Shown one piece after another: positions 1-11,215 of a DNA stretch of 64,000 bases. Source of the DNA: Octopus bimaculoides (taxonomy: Eukaryota); assembly GCF_001194135.2 (NCBI RefSeq), contig NC_068982.1, positions 7,534,755 through 7,598,754 on the forward strand. The letters run 5' to 3'. A program made the position numbers and the translations under genes. A model generated the notes under the pieces. The model did no database searches. It had not been told where the DNA came from and saw nothing but the letters and a program-made list of their open reading frames with translations. How positions within the stretch are numbered: the first letter of the stretch is position 1; each line of letters opens with the position of its first letter.

Positions 1-1231
1 CTGTTCATTTTTACAACAAAAGCCTCAAACCAAGTTATAAACTATTCTAAATGAAATCCCGATTTGTCCGTCTGTCGTGCTATGAAAAATTCATTTTATA
101 TTTATGATACACAAATTAAAATATTATATAAAATCATATGGAAACGGCAGAATATGTATGCGCCTAACATACTTGACTTATTTTATACTTTGCTTATTTC
201 TTTCATACATCTCCTCTTACATGAGCGCATTGTGTTGCTCCATCTCTAGTTTACTCATACATGCCTTTGTTCCCATTTTCTTATTTAACTTCAGGCCCAG
301 CTCTGATTAAATAAGATTTAACCAACAGTATTGCAGTCGTCACAGGCCGATGTTTTAAACATAATGCGGCTAATAGCAAAACATTTGGTGTGTGCTTCAT
401 TTCGTAAAACAATATTGTGGGATTTCTGAAAGGTTGACTGAATTCATAGACATTTCCTAGTTAGCTTCTCATACATATAGTAGATTCTCACTGTGCTATG
501 TTTTAGAAATTTGTTTAACAATTCTAGTGTTCTGAAAGTACCATTAACAAATTCAGTCCATATGAGCATTTTTTTTTTTTAATCTTTGAATCAGAAATGA
601 ATTTTTAACAAAAATCTGTTTTGAGTTTCTATGTTTTTTCTCGATCACTGCTAATTTATATTCGTGCCGTTTGTTTTCGTTACCTTTGATTTATGAATTA
701 AAAATGTATAAATTAAATTTTTTACGTCTCTTCTGTAATCTTTTTTCATTTATCTTTGTAGCTTCCTGAACGTGTGGAAAATTAACGGAGGTATTGAAGC
801 AGAAAAGTCACGATTTTACAACACGGTCTCATCAAAACGTACTCTCCAAAAATAGTAAATTGCTTTGAAAACCATTAAAATAGGACAACTGCGAAATGGT
901 TACTATTTATTGTTTATAAAAACACTTGCGTAAAATATAAAGCACATCGAATAATAAAGTTATATGACCACATCAGTGGAAATCATCAAAAGATATTGCA
1001 GATGAACCGACGAAAAATATCATCAACATGTAGTTAAAATGCAAATACGACTCTTCTAATCCAACGGACGTGATAACTTGTATTGATTAAACTTGCATTG
1101 TTTACAAAAATTGTCAAGAAAAAATACACTGAAAGTGTTGGAAGAGAAGTAACAAAAAGAAACAAGAATCATCAAAGTAACGCAATTTTCATCAATCTCG
1201 TCATTTTCAGAATCACCAATTCAACAGAATA

Positions 1232-1270
1232 AACAACAGCAACAACAACAACAACAACAACAACAAAAAC
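1232..1270 (+). repeat. (CAA)n microsatellite upstream of the receptor
   Basis: Direct reading: caacagcaacaacaacaacaac... Confidence 0.9.
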
Positions 1271-2635
1271 AATATTAATAAAAAGAACAACAAGAATAAA
1301 TGGGATCAGTTATTTTAAATTTTTATAATTTCATGGAATATATATCAAATTACAAAGGAACGTTCCTCGCTTTCCATGCATCACGCGATAATGAAATATA
1401 CTCGAATCAACATTTATATTTTGAATAGTGGCATGCACCGAAACTGTATAAAGATTTTCATTTGATAACAGAAAAAGTGGAGATCAGATTTAAATCATAC
1501 TTTCTTATATCCTCAACTATCCATATCAAATTACCTCAATTACTTGGTGCAGCAAGTAAAATGCACATTCCAGAAGAGGATGCACATAATCACTTAGGAG
1601 CTTCGTTATAAATAAGCATCTAAAACAAACAGAAAAAAGTGAATATCGATTAACTGAATCGATCAATTTCTTTGCATAATATTTCTTACTGAAGCCTGTC
1701 CACTGTATCTCGAGCATTATTTTAAAATAATATACACACACACACACATGTATATATATATCAAGAGATGTTTGCTACATATTACCTATGTAGTATCTAT
1801 TATTAATAGTATCTATTAAATCTCAATTTTACTAATAGTTAAATACACAGACAATAATTCGTATTATGAAAGCATTTTGTCATAATAATGCTTACGTCCT
1901 CTCATAAATGTATTTTTCTGTGTTATATCATAAATATTACCATCAATTAAAGGCGTATTTCACAAAATAGTCAAAACGGCATTTTATTCAATATTCCGCT
2001 ATGACAATACAATGTTTACAAAGTTACTTGAGATTCTCTTTTATTTGAAATATTATTAGATCTCTAATTTTTCTGAGTTAAAATAGAATGCTTCAATGAA
2101 ACAATAAGCTTCTATGGCTAAATGATAATCTTCTCCGGCTAAATAATAAAAGCCTATGAAGTGGAAAAGCAAAGCAATCAAACCTATAACTCGATATGAC
2201 TAGGCTCATTCTATTTCCTGTGATATAGTAGTCGGCATTCCGTTATTTTAGCATTATCTGTTTAGATAGTGAAATTCATTTTATTTTCCATATATAATAA
2301 GAGTGAATATTAATGATATAATTTATTTAATAAATAATATATTTATAATTTACAGGCCTTTAGATCATACTGTTATATTTATATATTTATACATATCCTT
2401 CCAAAGAAGTTAAAATGAGATCTAAATCTTTTTAAAATACATTGATAAACCAGGCCAATAACAATAAAGAAGATTAATTGTAACTTATTTATTCACAAAC
2501 ATAAACATTTATGTATCTTCATTTTGTTCCATGCCACCATATAAAAGCTGAAGGAGAATATAAAGCTCTCCGCTAAAAACCAAGTGTCACTTGCTCTGTT
2601 CCGTCGTAATCCGAAGACAGTGTGAGTGAACATTC

Positions 2636-3931
2636 ATGCTGAATCACGCAGGAGCCTACAATGATACAGGAAATACGTCATTGCTCGAGTATTATGATGT
2701 TCCATTCAATGACACATCCTTTACAAAACAGGGTTTCACCTACGAACTAAAACACCCTAGTATTGGCATACTGCTTTCCGTTTTTTCTTTAATTACTATA
2801 GTAGGAAACATTTTAGTTATTGTGGCAGTTACTCGGGAAATATATTTAAGGACAGTGACAAATTATTTCATTGTGTCTCTGGCTGTAGCTGATCTTATGG
2901 TAGGAGGTATTGTAATGCCATTCAGTATTAGTCACGAAATGACCAACAATGTTTGGCTATATGGATCTGTTTGGTGTGATTTGTGGCATTCGTTTGACGT
3001 GCTGGCAAGTACTGCGTCCATCATGAATTTATGTGTAATTTCACTCGACCGATACTGGGCGATTAATGATCCAATTTCATATCCAATTAGAATGTCTTCG
3101 AGTAAAGTAAGCCTTCTTATAACTGGAGTTTGGTTATGCTCAGCAACGATATCCTTCCCAGCTATTGCTTGGTGGCGAGCTGTAAAACCCCCAGACTTGC
3201 CAAGTTACCAGTGTCTATTCACTGAAGACACGGGGTATTTAATATTTTCATCGTGTGTGTCGTTTTACTGTCCACTCATTATCATGCTATTCGTTTATTA
3301 TAAAATCTACAAAGCTGCAGTGGCTCAAACGCGAAGTATCAAAATGGGATGCAAAGTAATGATGTCAAGTAGCATAGATGGAGAGGCAATGACACTACGG
3401 ATGCACAGAGGAGGTCGGAGGCGGACAACACATGAAATTGACACAAGTGCTGAACGAAATGCAAGTGACAGCGATAGTGGAAGTCCTGCTCACTTAGTTC
3501 GTGCTCAAGCAGGAGAACGGCCAACAAAATTTATCACAAAGCGCCTTAGACATTTTGCAATTAGTAAAAAACTAAGTAAGGTTGCCAAAGAACAGAAGGC
3601 AGCAAAAACTCTTGGCATTGTTGTAGGCGTTTTCATTCTCTGTTGGCTTCCTTTCTTTATAACGAATCTCCTATTAGCACTGTGCAAAACGTGCGTCGTT
3701 TATCCAGAAGTACTGTTTCCGGTTTTCACTTGGTTCGGATATATTAATTCAGGAATGAATCCAATCATATATGCTCTATCGATGCGAGATTTCAGACGTG
3801 CGTTTTCAAAGATTATTTTTATCTGTTGTCCAAAATATGGTGTCATTCGTCGCCAAACGGCTAATGATAACAATACTAGTACAAGTTTTACAGTGAGTAC
3901 TGTTGACCGCACCGTTCCATTTAAACTGTAA
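2636..3931 (+). CDS. Dop1R2: Invertebrate-type dopamine receptor (INDR / Dop1R2-like), class A GPCR, single coding exon, 431 aa
   Basis: Uninterrupted ORF with 7 hydrophobic segments and class A motifs: GN (TM1), LAVAD (TM2), aminergic Asp in SFDVLAST, DRY(W), TM5 serines FSSCVSF, CWLPFF and NPIIY. The strings WHSFDVLASTASIMNLCVISLDRYWAI, ISFPAIAWWRA and TLRMHRGG match the INDR/Dop1R2 class as I recall it. Three N-terminal N-glycosylation sequons (NDT, NTS, NDT). Confidence 0.92.
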   Translation: MLNHAGAYNDTGNTSLLEYYDVPFNDTSFTKQGFTYELKHPSIGILLSVFSLITIVGNILVIVAVTREIYLRTVTNYFIVSLAVADLMVGGIVMPFSISHEMTNNVWLYGSVWCDLWHSFDVLASTASIMNLCVISLDRYWAINDPISYPIRMSSSKVSLLITGVWLCSATISFPAIAWWRAVKPPDLPSYQCLFTEDTGYLIFSSCVSFYCPLIIMLFVYYKIYKAAVAQTRSIKMGCKVMMSSSIDGEAMTLRMHRGGRRRTTHEIDTSAERNASDSDSGSPAHLVRAQAGERPTKFITKRLRHFAISKKLSKVAKEQKAAKTLGIVVGVFILCWLPFFITNLLLALCKTCVVYPEVLFPVFTWFGYINSGMNPIIYALSMRDFRRAFSKIIFICCPKYGVIRRQTANDNNTSTSFTVSTVDRTVPFKL

Positions 3932-3959
3932 GACGATAAAAACATGTGGAGATAAGCCA

Positions 3960-3965
3960 AATAAA
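3960..3965 (+). promoter_or_regulatory. Candidate proximal polyadenylation signal AATAAA of the receptor
   Basis: AATAAA about 30 nt after the stop codon, running into an A-tract. Usage is unknown. Confidence 0.3.
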
Positions 3966-4422
3966 AAAAATACCTCTTTGAAATAACATTTTCATAAAAA
4001 GAAATTGAATTTCGAGTTTGTCTACTAGAGAGGTACTTCCTTAAATGTCGAACTCGTGAATGAGATAAAGAAAGGTTCCGTAAATATATAAAACAGAATC
4101 AAAACTGTGTAATACAGAGAACTTGAATTGCTGCATGAATGATCTGTTAACGACTTTACACATAATTATATATTTACACACATTACTGTTAATATAAATA
4201 TGAATGTACTGTTAGGTATGTAATCATTGCATATTTATATAAATTGGTTATGAACTCATAAGCGCATGTATATACGTATATCATTTATAAAGTGTGTTCA
4301 CATGTTTACAATCACATTTACACGATGCATACACATCTGCATATATGTATATATATATAAGCATGTATACATACAATATATGTGTGTACAAATCTATATA
4401 TATATGTATATATATATATATA

Positions 4423-4974
4423 NNNNNNNNNNNNNNNNNNNNNNNNNNNNNNNNNNNNNNNNNNNNNNNNNNNNNNNNNNNNNNNNNNNNNNNNNNNNNN
4501 NNNNNNNNNNNNNNNNNNNNNNNNNNNNNNNNNNNNNNNNNNNNNNNNNNNNNNNNNNNNNNNNNNNNNNNNNNNNNNNNNNNNNNNNNNNNNNNNNNNN
4601 NNNNNNNNNNNNNNNNNNNNNNNNNNNNNNNNNNNNNNNNNNNNNNNNNNNNNNNNNNNNNNNNNNNNNNNNNNNNNNNNNNNNNNNNNNNNNNNNNNNN
4701 NNNNNNNNNNNNNNNNNNNNNNNNNNNNNNNNNNNNNNNNNNNNNNNNNNNNNNNNNNNNNNNNNNNNNNNNNNNNNNNNNNNNNNNNNNNNNNNNNNNN
4801 NNNNNNNNNNNNNNNNNNNNNNNNNNNNNNNNNNNNNNNNNNNNNNNNNNNNNNNNNNNNNNNNNNNNNNNNNNNNNNNNNNNNNNNNNNNNNNNNNNNN
4901 NNNNNNNNNNNNNNNNNNNNNNNNNNNNNNNNNNNNNNNNNNNNNNNNNNNNNNNNNNNNNNNNNNNNNNNNNN
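4423..4974. other. Assembly gap. Other gaps at about 5797-6646, 8529-8585, 14648-14804, 18642-19355, 21140-21440, 36396-36914, 47315-47860 and 54445-55006
   Basis: Runs of N, most flanked by (TA)n or (TACA)n on at least one side. Confidence 0.99.
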
Positions 4975-5574
4975 ATATATATATATATATACATATATTA
5001 ATACAGACATACATTAATGTATACCTATTCCAAAACAGAAAAAAAAGGTTCACGTGACAGAATACAAACTTTTCCATCAAGAGACATGATTAACATGTAT
5101 AAAGACAAAGTTGCTTCCAGTCGTATTATTTGCAAAAATAAAAATATATAATAAAATTGTAAATTAACATTGCAATGATAATTGACGTTCAATAGTTTAT
5201 AAATGTACTTATATGAACAAATTATATTATTTTGCTTATTGATTTCTCCGATCGACAGGTGTATATATACCGTAACTGAAAATTATACATTTTCTATAAA
5301 AGCCTGACCGTCATCAAGGAAAATGTATTTCCTGAACATCAGTCATTATTCAATTAAACATGTAAATCAATGATTACATTGTGCTCTTAATTATTTTGTG
5401 CGTTAAACATAAGCAGGATGTGCATGTATGTACATGTACACATATACATTCACTCACATATACAGACGCACAAACTCACACACAATCATCACACATTCAT
5501 ATGTAGATATATGTGTATATGTGTGTATGTGTATATATATGTATATCTGTATATTTCTACAAATATGCGTGTGC

Positions 5575-5610
<36 letters not shown>

Positions 5611-8231
5611 TCATAAGAATGGTACAACAAGGTACCGATATTTGCTGGAGAATAGCAATCGATATAAAAACGACGCTATTGTATAGCTTCACTGCGTATA
5701 TACTGGCAAAAATGCGTGTGTGCAACAAAACATGAAAAACTTGTCTTACCTTAGGAAGAACATCCGAAAATGAACAACCCAGATTAAGGATAATGCNNNN
5801 NNNNNNNNNNNNNNNNNNNNNNNNNNNNNNNNNNNNNNNNNNNNNNNNNNNNNNNNNNNNNNNNNNNNNNNNNNNNNNNNNNNNNNNNNNNNNNNNNNNN
5901 NNNNNNNNNNNNNNNNNNNNNNNNNNNNNNNNNNNNNNNNNNNNNNNNNNNNNNNNNNNNNNNNNNNNNNNNNNNNNNNNNNNNNNNNNNNNNNNNNNNN
6001 NNNNNNNNNNNNNNNNNNNNNNNNNNNNNNNNNNNNNNNNNNNNNNNNNNNNNNNNNNNNNNNNNNNNNNNNNNNNNNNNNNNNNNNNNNNNNNNNNNNN
6101 NNNNNNNNNNNNNNNNNNNNNNNNNNNNNNNNNNNNNNNNNNNNNNNNNNNNNNNNNNNNNNNNNNNNNNNNNNNNNNNNNNNNNNNNNNNNNNNNNNNN
6201 NNNNNNNNNNNNNNNNNNNNNNNNNNNNNNNNNNNNNNNNNNNNNNNNNNNNNNNNNNNNNNNNNNNNNNNNNNNNNNNNNNNNNNNNNNNNNNNNNNNN
6301 NNNNNNNNNNNNNNNNNNNNNNNNNNNNNNNNNNNNNNNNNNNNNNNNNNNNNNNNNNNNNNNNNNNNNNNNNNNNNNNNNNNNNNNNNNNNNNNNNNNN
6401 NNNNNNNNNNNNNNNNNNNNNNNNNNNNNNNNNNNNNNNNNNNNNNNNNNNNNNNNNNNNNNNNNNNNNNNNNNNNNNNNNNNNNNNNNNNNNNNNNNNN
6501 NNNNNNNNNNNNNNNNNNNNNNNNNNNNNNNNNNNNNNNNNNNNNNNNNNNNNNNNNNNNNNNNNNNNNNNNNNNNNNNNNNNNNNNNNNNNNNNNNNNN
6601 NNNNNNNNNNNNNNNNNNNNNNNNNNNNNNNNNNNNNNNNNNNNNNTATATATATATTAAACAGAACCCATGTATACTGGTGGTCGTTTGTATCGACCAG
6701 ACTTCCATTGTTGTAAAAATCGAAAGATAGAATACAGCGATTCTACTGCTAGATGAGAGTAGGGAAAGATCGTGTTTCAAATGTGTTCACGAAAGCAATC
6801 GCCATGGTAACTGTCTTTTTCTTCAGTATGAAATGCAGCGGAAAATTTGTAGAACTACTACATTGAGTAGAATATATGCAGTAGAAGTTTTGGCAAACTT
6901 GGTACCGTGAATAGGCCCAGTGATGATTCTAGTATTGTTATTATAAAGACGTGTTTCGTCGCTGAGCGTATTTAAAAGTTTCTGGCTGAGTATGGATCAT
7001 CGCTTTGAAAAATTTAGCCCCGAGCTTTCAATGCAACGAGTGGTAGAGTGGTAAAATTCAAAGTTGCTGTAATATCAAGGAGTAGAAAATGGAAGTTGCG
7101 AATGAGTGTGCGTTATATTTGGAGACGAGCGGCTGATCGGTTAAAGAGAGGAACAGGCCTACGCTTTGCTGATCGCTTTTGCGAAACATACAAGGCCCAC
7201 TGCTACGTATGCTTGACCAACCTGTTGCTTCCCTCCACCAATACAAGCAGTCATTCATTTGCCCATCTATAATCGTGCGGTATCCTTACAAATCATGGAT
7301 CCGCACACTCAATGAAACGGAACATCGTTTCGTATTCAAACTCAGAATCATGGATTTAAATGAATGTTCTCCGCTAATCCCTCCTTCTTTCTTTAATTCA
7401 GTAATCTGATTTTTATTATTCAGCTCTCCTCTCGTCTTCATGTTTTACTTCGCCTAACCTTCACTCACTTCTATTCCTATTTTATATTCTGTTCCCTTTT
7501 CTCTCTTTCACTGGGTTTCTCCTTCCTAGTTTTTTCCTGTCCACGTATGCAAGCTCACGTTTCTTGCACTCCCCGTCAGTTGCAGCCAATTACTCAAGCA
7601 GATTATGTAAATTCTGATGTCTTTTAATTTTTCCCCTGTTTCTTAAGCCAGAACAAAAATTGGCCGCAACTTTGCATAGCTCGCTTCATTGCAATCTTTC
7701 GGCTGTGCAATGTGTGTGTGTGTGTGTATGTGTGTGTGTATGTGTGTGTTTGTGTGTTGCCATTTCATTCAGAATCAAGAGGCAAAGACAATGATATTCA
7801 AATATCACAAATCAACAAAATATAAATGATTTAAGGTAATTGAATACATAATTTAACAAAATAATACATAAAGATTCTGTATAAACCGAGTAAATATCTT
7901 TAATGTTATTAGACTCCCATTTTATCCACTATATACAAATGAAAACCTGTATATTTATATTTACACTGCCATTTGTAATATACGTTTCCACTTCGCGAGT
8001 GTATAGGTTTATAGATTTCTAACCTTTACCGCCTAACTTTTCAGTTAAAGAAGATTCATGATTTGGTATGTCTTTTTCGTCTTATTTGTTTTCAGTTTAT
8101 TTGTCAGAAGAGCATCAGGATCGCTTTCCCCTATTCCTTCTACTTTTTATGCTTGTTTTTTGTTTTGTTTTTGTTTTTGTTTCGAAACATTTTTATTGCC
8201 TATAATTATTTGGGGCTGTTTTTACATTACC

Positions 8232-8483
8232 TTATTTCTTTCAGCCATTTGACTACGCCCATGCTGCAACGCAGCCATGAAAGATTTTAGTCAAAGAAAT
8301 CGATCCGCTGACATATTTTTTTAAGCCTAATACGTATTCTATCGTTTCTTTTGCAGAACCGCTAAGTTACGGGACGTAAAGACACCAACACCGGTTGTCA
8401 GGCGGTGATAGGGGCAATTACAGACTCACACAAATACACACATAGATACACACACACGCACATACACACACACACACACACAC

Positions 8484-8528
<45 letters not shown>

Positions 8529-8721
8529 NNNNNNNNNNNNNNNNNNNNNNNNNNNNNNNNNNNNNNNNNNNNNNNNNNNNNNNNNATATATATGGCTTCT
8601 TTACGTTTCCGTCTACCAAACCTAGTAGAAAGCACTTACCCGAGCGGCTATGCAGTGGATTGAACCCGGAACCATTTGGTTGGGAAGTAAGCTTCTTACC
8701 ACACAGCCACGCCTGTGCCTA
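8232..8721 (-). mobile_element. tRNA-derived SINE, family B (CORE-like, octopus OR2-type), with internal microsatellite
   Basis: Reverse complement of the head (ttcttaccacacagccac, gaacccggaacc), the gtctaccaaa segment and the tail motif gaaccgctaagttacggg shared with other copies in the window. Confidence 0.85.
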
Positions 8722-8775
8722 TATATGTTTACATTTTGTTGAGATTTCCTTAAAAACTAGTAAACACCTCCACTG

Positions 8776-9465
8776 ATAAGCGGAAGTCTGTGAGGTAAGA
8801 AGTCTGCTTCCCAAACACATGGCTCCAGGTTCAGTCCACTGCGTGGCCACTTGGGGCAAGTGTCGTCTACTATACCATCGGGTCGACCAAGTTTAATCAG
8901 TAGATTTGGTAGACGGAAACTAAAAAAAAAAGACTGTCGTATATTTGTGTGTGTGTTTGTGTGCTTGTGTGTGTGTGTGTGTTTGTGTGTGTGTATGTGT
9001 GTTTGTGTGTGCGAATGCGTGTGTTGGTCTGTGTCTGTTTGTGTGTGTGTGCGTATGTGTGTGTGCATGTGTATTTTTGTGTGTATATGTTTGTGTGCGT
9101 GTGTTTGTGTTTCTGTGTGCGTATGTGTATGTACTTGCATGTGTGTGTGTGCGTTTGTATGTGTGTGTTTGCGTGTGTGTGCATGTTGCTGTGTGTATGT
9201 GCATGTTGCTGTGTGTATGTGCATGTTGCTGTGTGTATGTGCATGTGTGCGTATGTGTGTTTGTGTGCATGTGTGTGTTTGTGTAAGCGTTTGTTTCCTA
9301 CCACCGCTTGACAAACAGTTTTGGGTCTTTTACGTCCCCTCAACTCAGCGGTTCAGAAAACTGACCCCCATAAGTACCAGACCTCAAAGAAATAAGTATT
9401 GGAGTCGATTCGATTACAATTCTTGCACGCGGACCCTCAGCATGGTCGTAGTTTAATCACTAAAA
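8776..9465 (+). mobile_element. SINE family B, full length, with about 350 bp internal (TG)-type microsatellite
   Basis: B-box-like ggttcagtcc, CORE-like ttggggcaagtgtc, gatttggtagacggaaact, TG array, then the accgcttgacaa...cagcatgg tail. Confidence 0.88.
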
Positions 9466-9610
9466 ATTATAAGATAATAGATAAATGTTTCTTATTTCTG
9501 AACAAAACGAAAACTTTAAACGCATAACTTTGTCCTATATATGTTACATGAATAAAGTCCATGCTATAGAGACTCAATACATGAAATGTAGAGTGTATAT
9601 TTATATTCAT

Positions 9611-9815
9611 ATTCGCACCAGGCCAACAATTTCGGGGAAGGTGCTAAATCGTTTGCATCAAATCCAGATCTCAAACGGTATTTAATTTGTCCACCAGTCA
9701 AAGGATCAAAGCAAAGTCGTTCCCGATGGCGTTTTAACGCAGAACGTAAAGAGCAAGGGCCTGAAAAAATACCTTCTAAGCGTTTTGTCCTGCATGGCAA
9801 CGATTCTGCTTCGAA
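9611..9815 (-). mobile_element. SINE family A, subfamily A2 tail, diverged
   Basis: Reverse complement resembles the copy at 15773-15990 (aggccaacaatttcgggga, caaagtcg, cagaacgtaaag). Confidence 0.7.
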
Positions 9816-10074
9816 TCTTGAGAAATTAGACTTCACAAAAGCAGAAGTGAGGAAGCTGATTCAAAGTCTACCGATCTAAGCCATCACTCGTACTATAAAA
9901 AATCTGTAAAATTTTCCACAAATTTATCATTTACGTATATATGAGCATGTCTAGACATGCAACTATATGAGAATATTTTCATATGAGAATATTTTCATAA
10001 AACAAAACATACAAATCTGCACACATACATACATACATACATACATACATACATACATACATACATACATACAT

Positions 10075-10290
10075 GCAGAAACGTTAGCACGCCGGGCGAA
10101 ATACTTAGCGGTATTTCGTCTGCCGCTACGTTCTGAGTTCAAATTCCGCCGAGGTCGACTTTGCCTTTCATCCTTTCGGGGTCGATTAAATAAGTACCAG
10201 TTACACACTGGGGTCGATATAATCGACTTAATCCGTTTGTCTTTGTTTGTCCCCTCTGTGTGTAGCCCCTTGTGGGTGGTAAAGAAATAA
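10075..10290 (+). mobile_element. SINE family A, subfamily A1 tail, slightly 5'-truncated, with 20-bp flanking direct repeat
   Basis: Core gtcgactttgcctttcatcctttcggggtcgat. tacatacatacatgcagaaa occurs at 10062-10081 and 10291-10310. Confidence 0.92.
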
Positions 10291-10310
10291 TACATACATA
10301 CATGCAGAAA

Positions 10311-10427
10311 CCTTGTTGGTGTGGCTGAAATTCCAATAAAGGAGCCTTGGATATAGGTTAGAAACCAGATCTTTCGGTATTGGCAAGAAATCTTAAAAGA
10401 AAACTGAATAATGGCATACATACATAC
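10311..10427 (-). repeat. About 115-bp unclassified repeat bordered by (TATG)n; second copy at about 49097-49240 (+)
   Basis: The reverse complement aligns with 49105-49211 (ttcagttt..aagatttcttgccaata..ggtttctaaccta..ggaatt..caacaagg). Confidence 0.75.
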
Positions 10428-10499
10428 AGTTTGAAAGCACTATCTTGCTCAGCATATATATCTCCTGGAAACTGTTTAGAAACGTGTAGCAAAACGAAA

Positions 10500-10860
10500 A
10501 CCCGCTGTCAGGCATTTCCCATACTATGAACGTCTTGCTTCCCTGGGCATGGATACATTGAATCTCAGGCGTCTGTCAACTGACTTAGTAGATACCCACA
10601 AGATTATCCACCATCGTTCCAACATTAAACTTGAGCAATGTTTTAAATTTCATATGGCAAACACTCGTGAGCATGCTTACAAAATCAAAAGAAAAAAAAA
10701 ACAACACAGCACCCATCACTTTCGGAAACATTCAGGCTCAGAATTGCTGAAGCATGGAATAAACTGCCCGCATCAGTCGTTAGCTGTCGGGACACTACAT
10801 CGTTCAAAACTTCCATGCTTCATGAGATCCGTCAACAGTACACCTGATGGCTTTTTTTCT
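10500..10860 (+). mobile_element. CR1-group LINE ORF2 3' end remnant
   Basis: Reads PYYERLASLGMDTLNLRRLSTDL...NTREHAYKI...AEAWNKLPASVV...SFK, typical of CR1/L2-group C-termini, with a frameshift. Confidence 0.8.
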
Positions 10861-10989
10861 ACATTGTAGTGTACTTGAGCACTGTATATAACAAATTCTT
10901 TCATATTTTTTATACATACGTTGGTATCAGCGAAAAGAAAATGCTTACGCTGAACTATGATAGTAACATTAATTATCAAAGCAGTCTAT

Positions 10990-11215
10990 CATTGAGCAAC
11001 AACTGGATTATTATCTCCCACTTTGAAGGGTATGCGTTTGCAATCCAGGAACAAGAATTATCAACCAAGTACCTGATGCACAAAAGGGATAGAGGTTCAG
11101 GAACAGCAGCAAAATGTGACAACCGATGCAGACTTTGTGGAGTTAACACCGAAGATATCACCCACATCAAACCAGTTGTCCGAAAATGTCATCACGCTAA
11201 TATCTACAGATGAGT
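10990..11215 (+). mobile_element. R4/Dong-like (restriction-like endonuclease) LINE fragment, CCHC zinc-finger region
   Basis: HFEGYAFAIQEQELSTKYL...CRLCGVNTEDITHI. Homologous to 37030-37420. Confidence 0.7.

Noticed and set aside
3339-3960. Antisense ORFs overlapping the receptor
   Set aside because: Short shadow ORFs of the sense CDS with no recognisable features.
4266-6780. Long ORFs of 200-340 aa spanning N runs (also at 18.6, 21.1, 36.3, 47.2 and 54.4 kb)
   Set aside because: They are artefacts of translating N gaps without stops; the flanks are microsatellites.
8757-9456. His/Thr- and Cys/Val-rich ORFs (also at 30.6, 34.1, 41.2, 48.8 and 59.3 kb)
   Set aside because: They are translations of (CA)/(TG)/(TA)/(GTT) repeats, not proteins.
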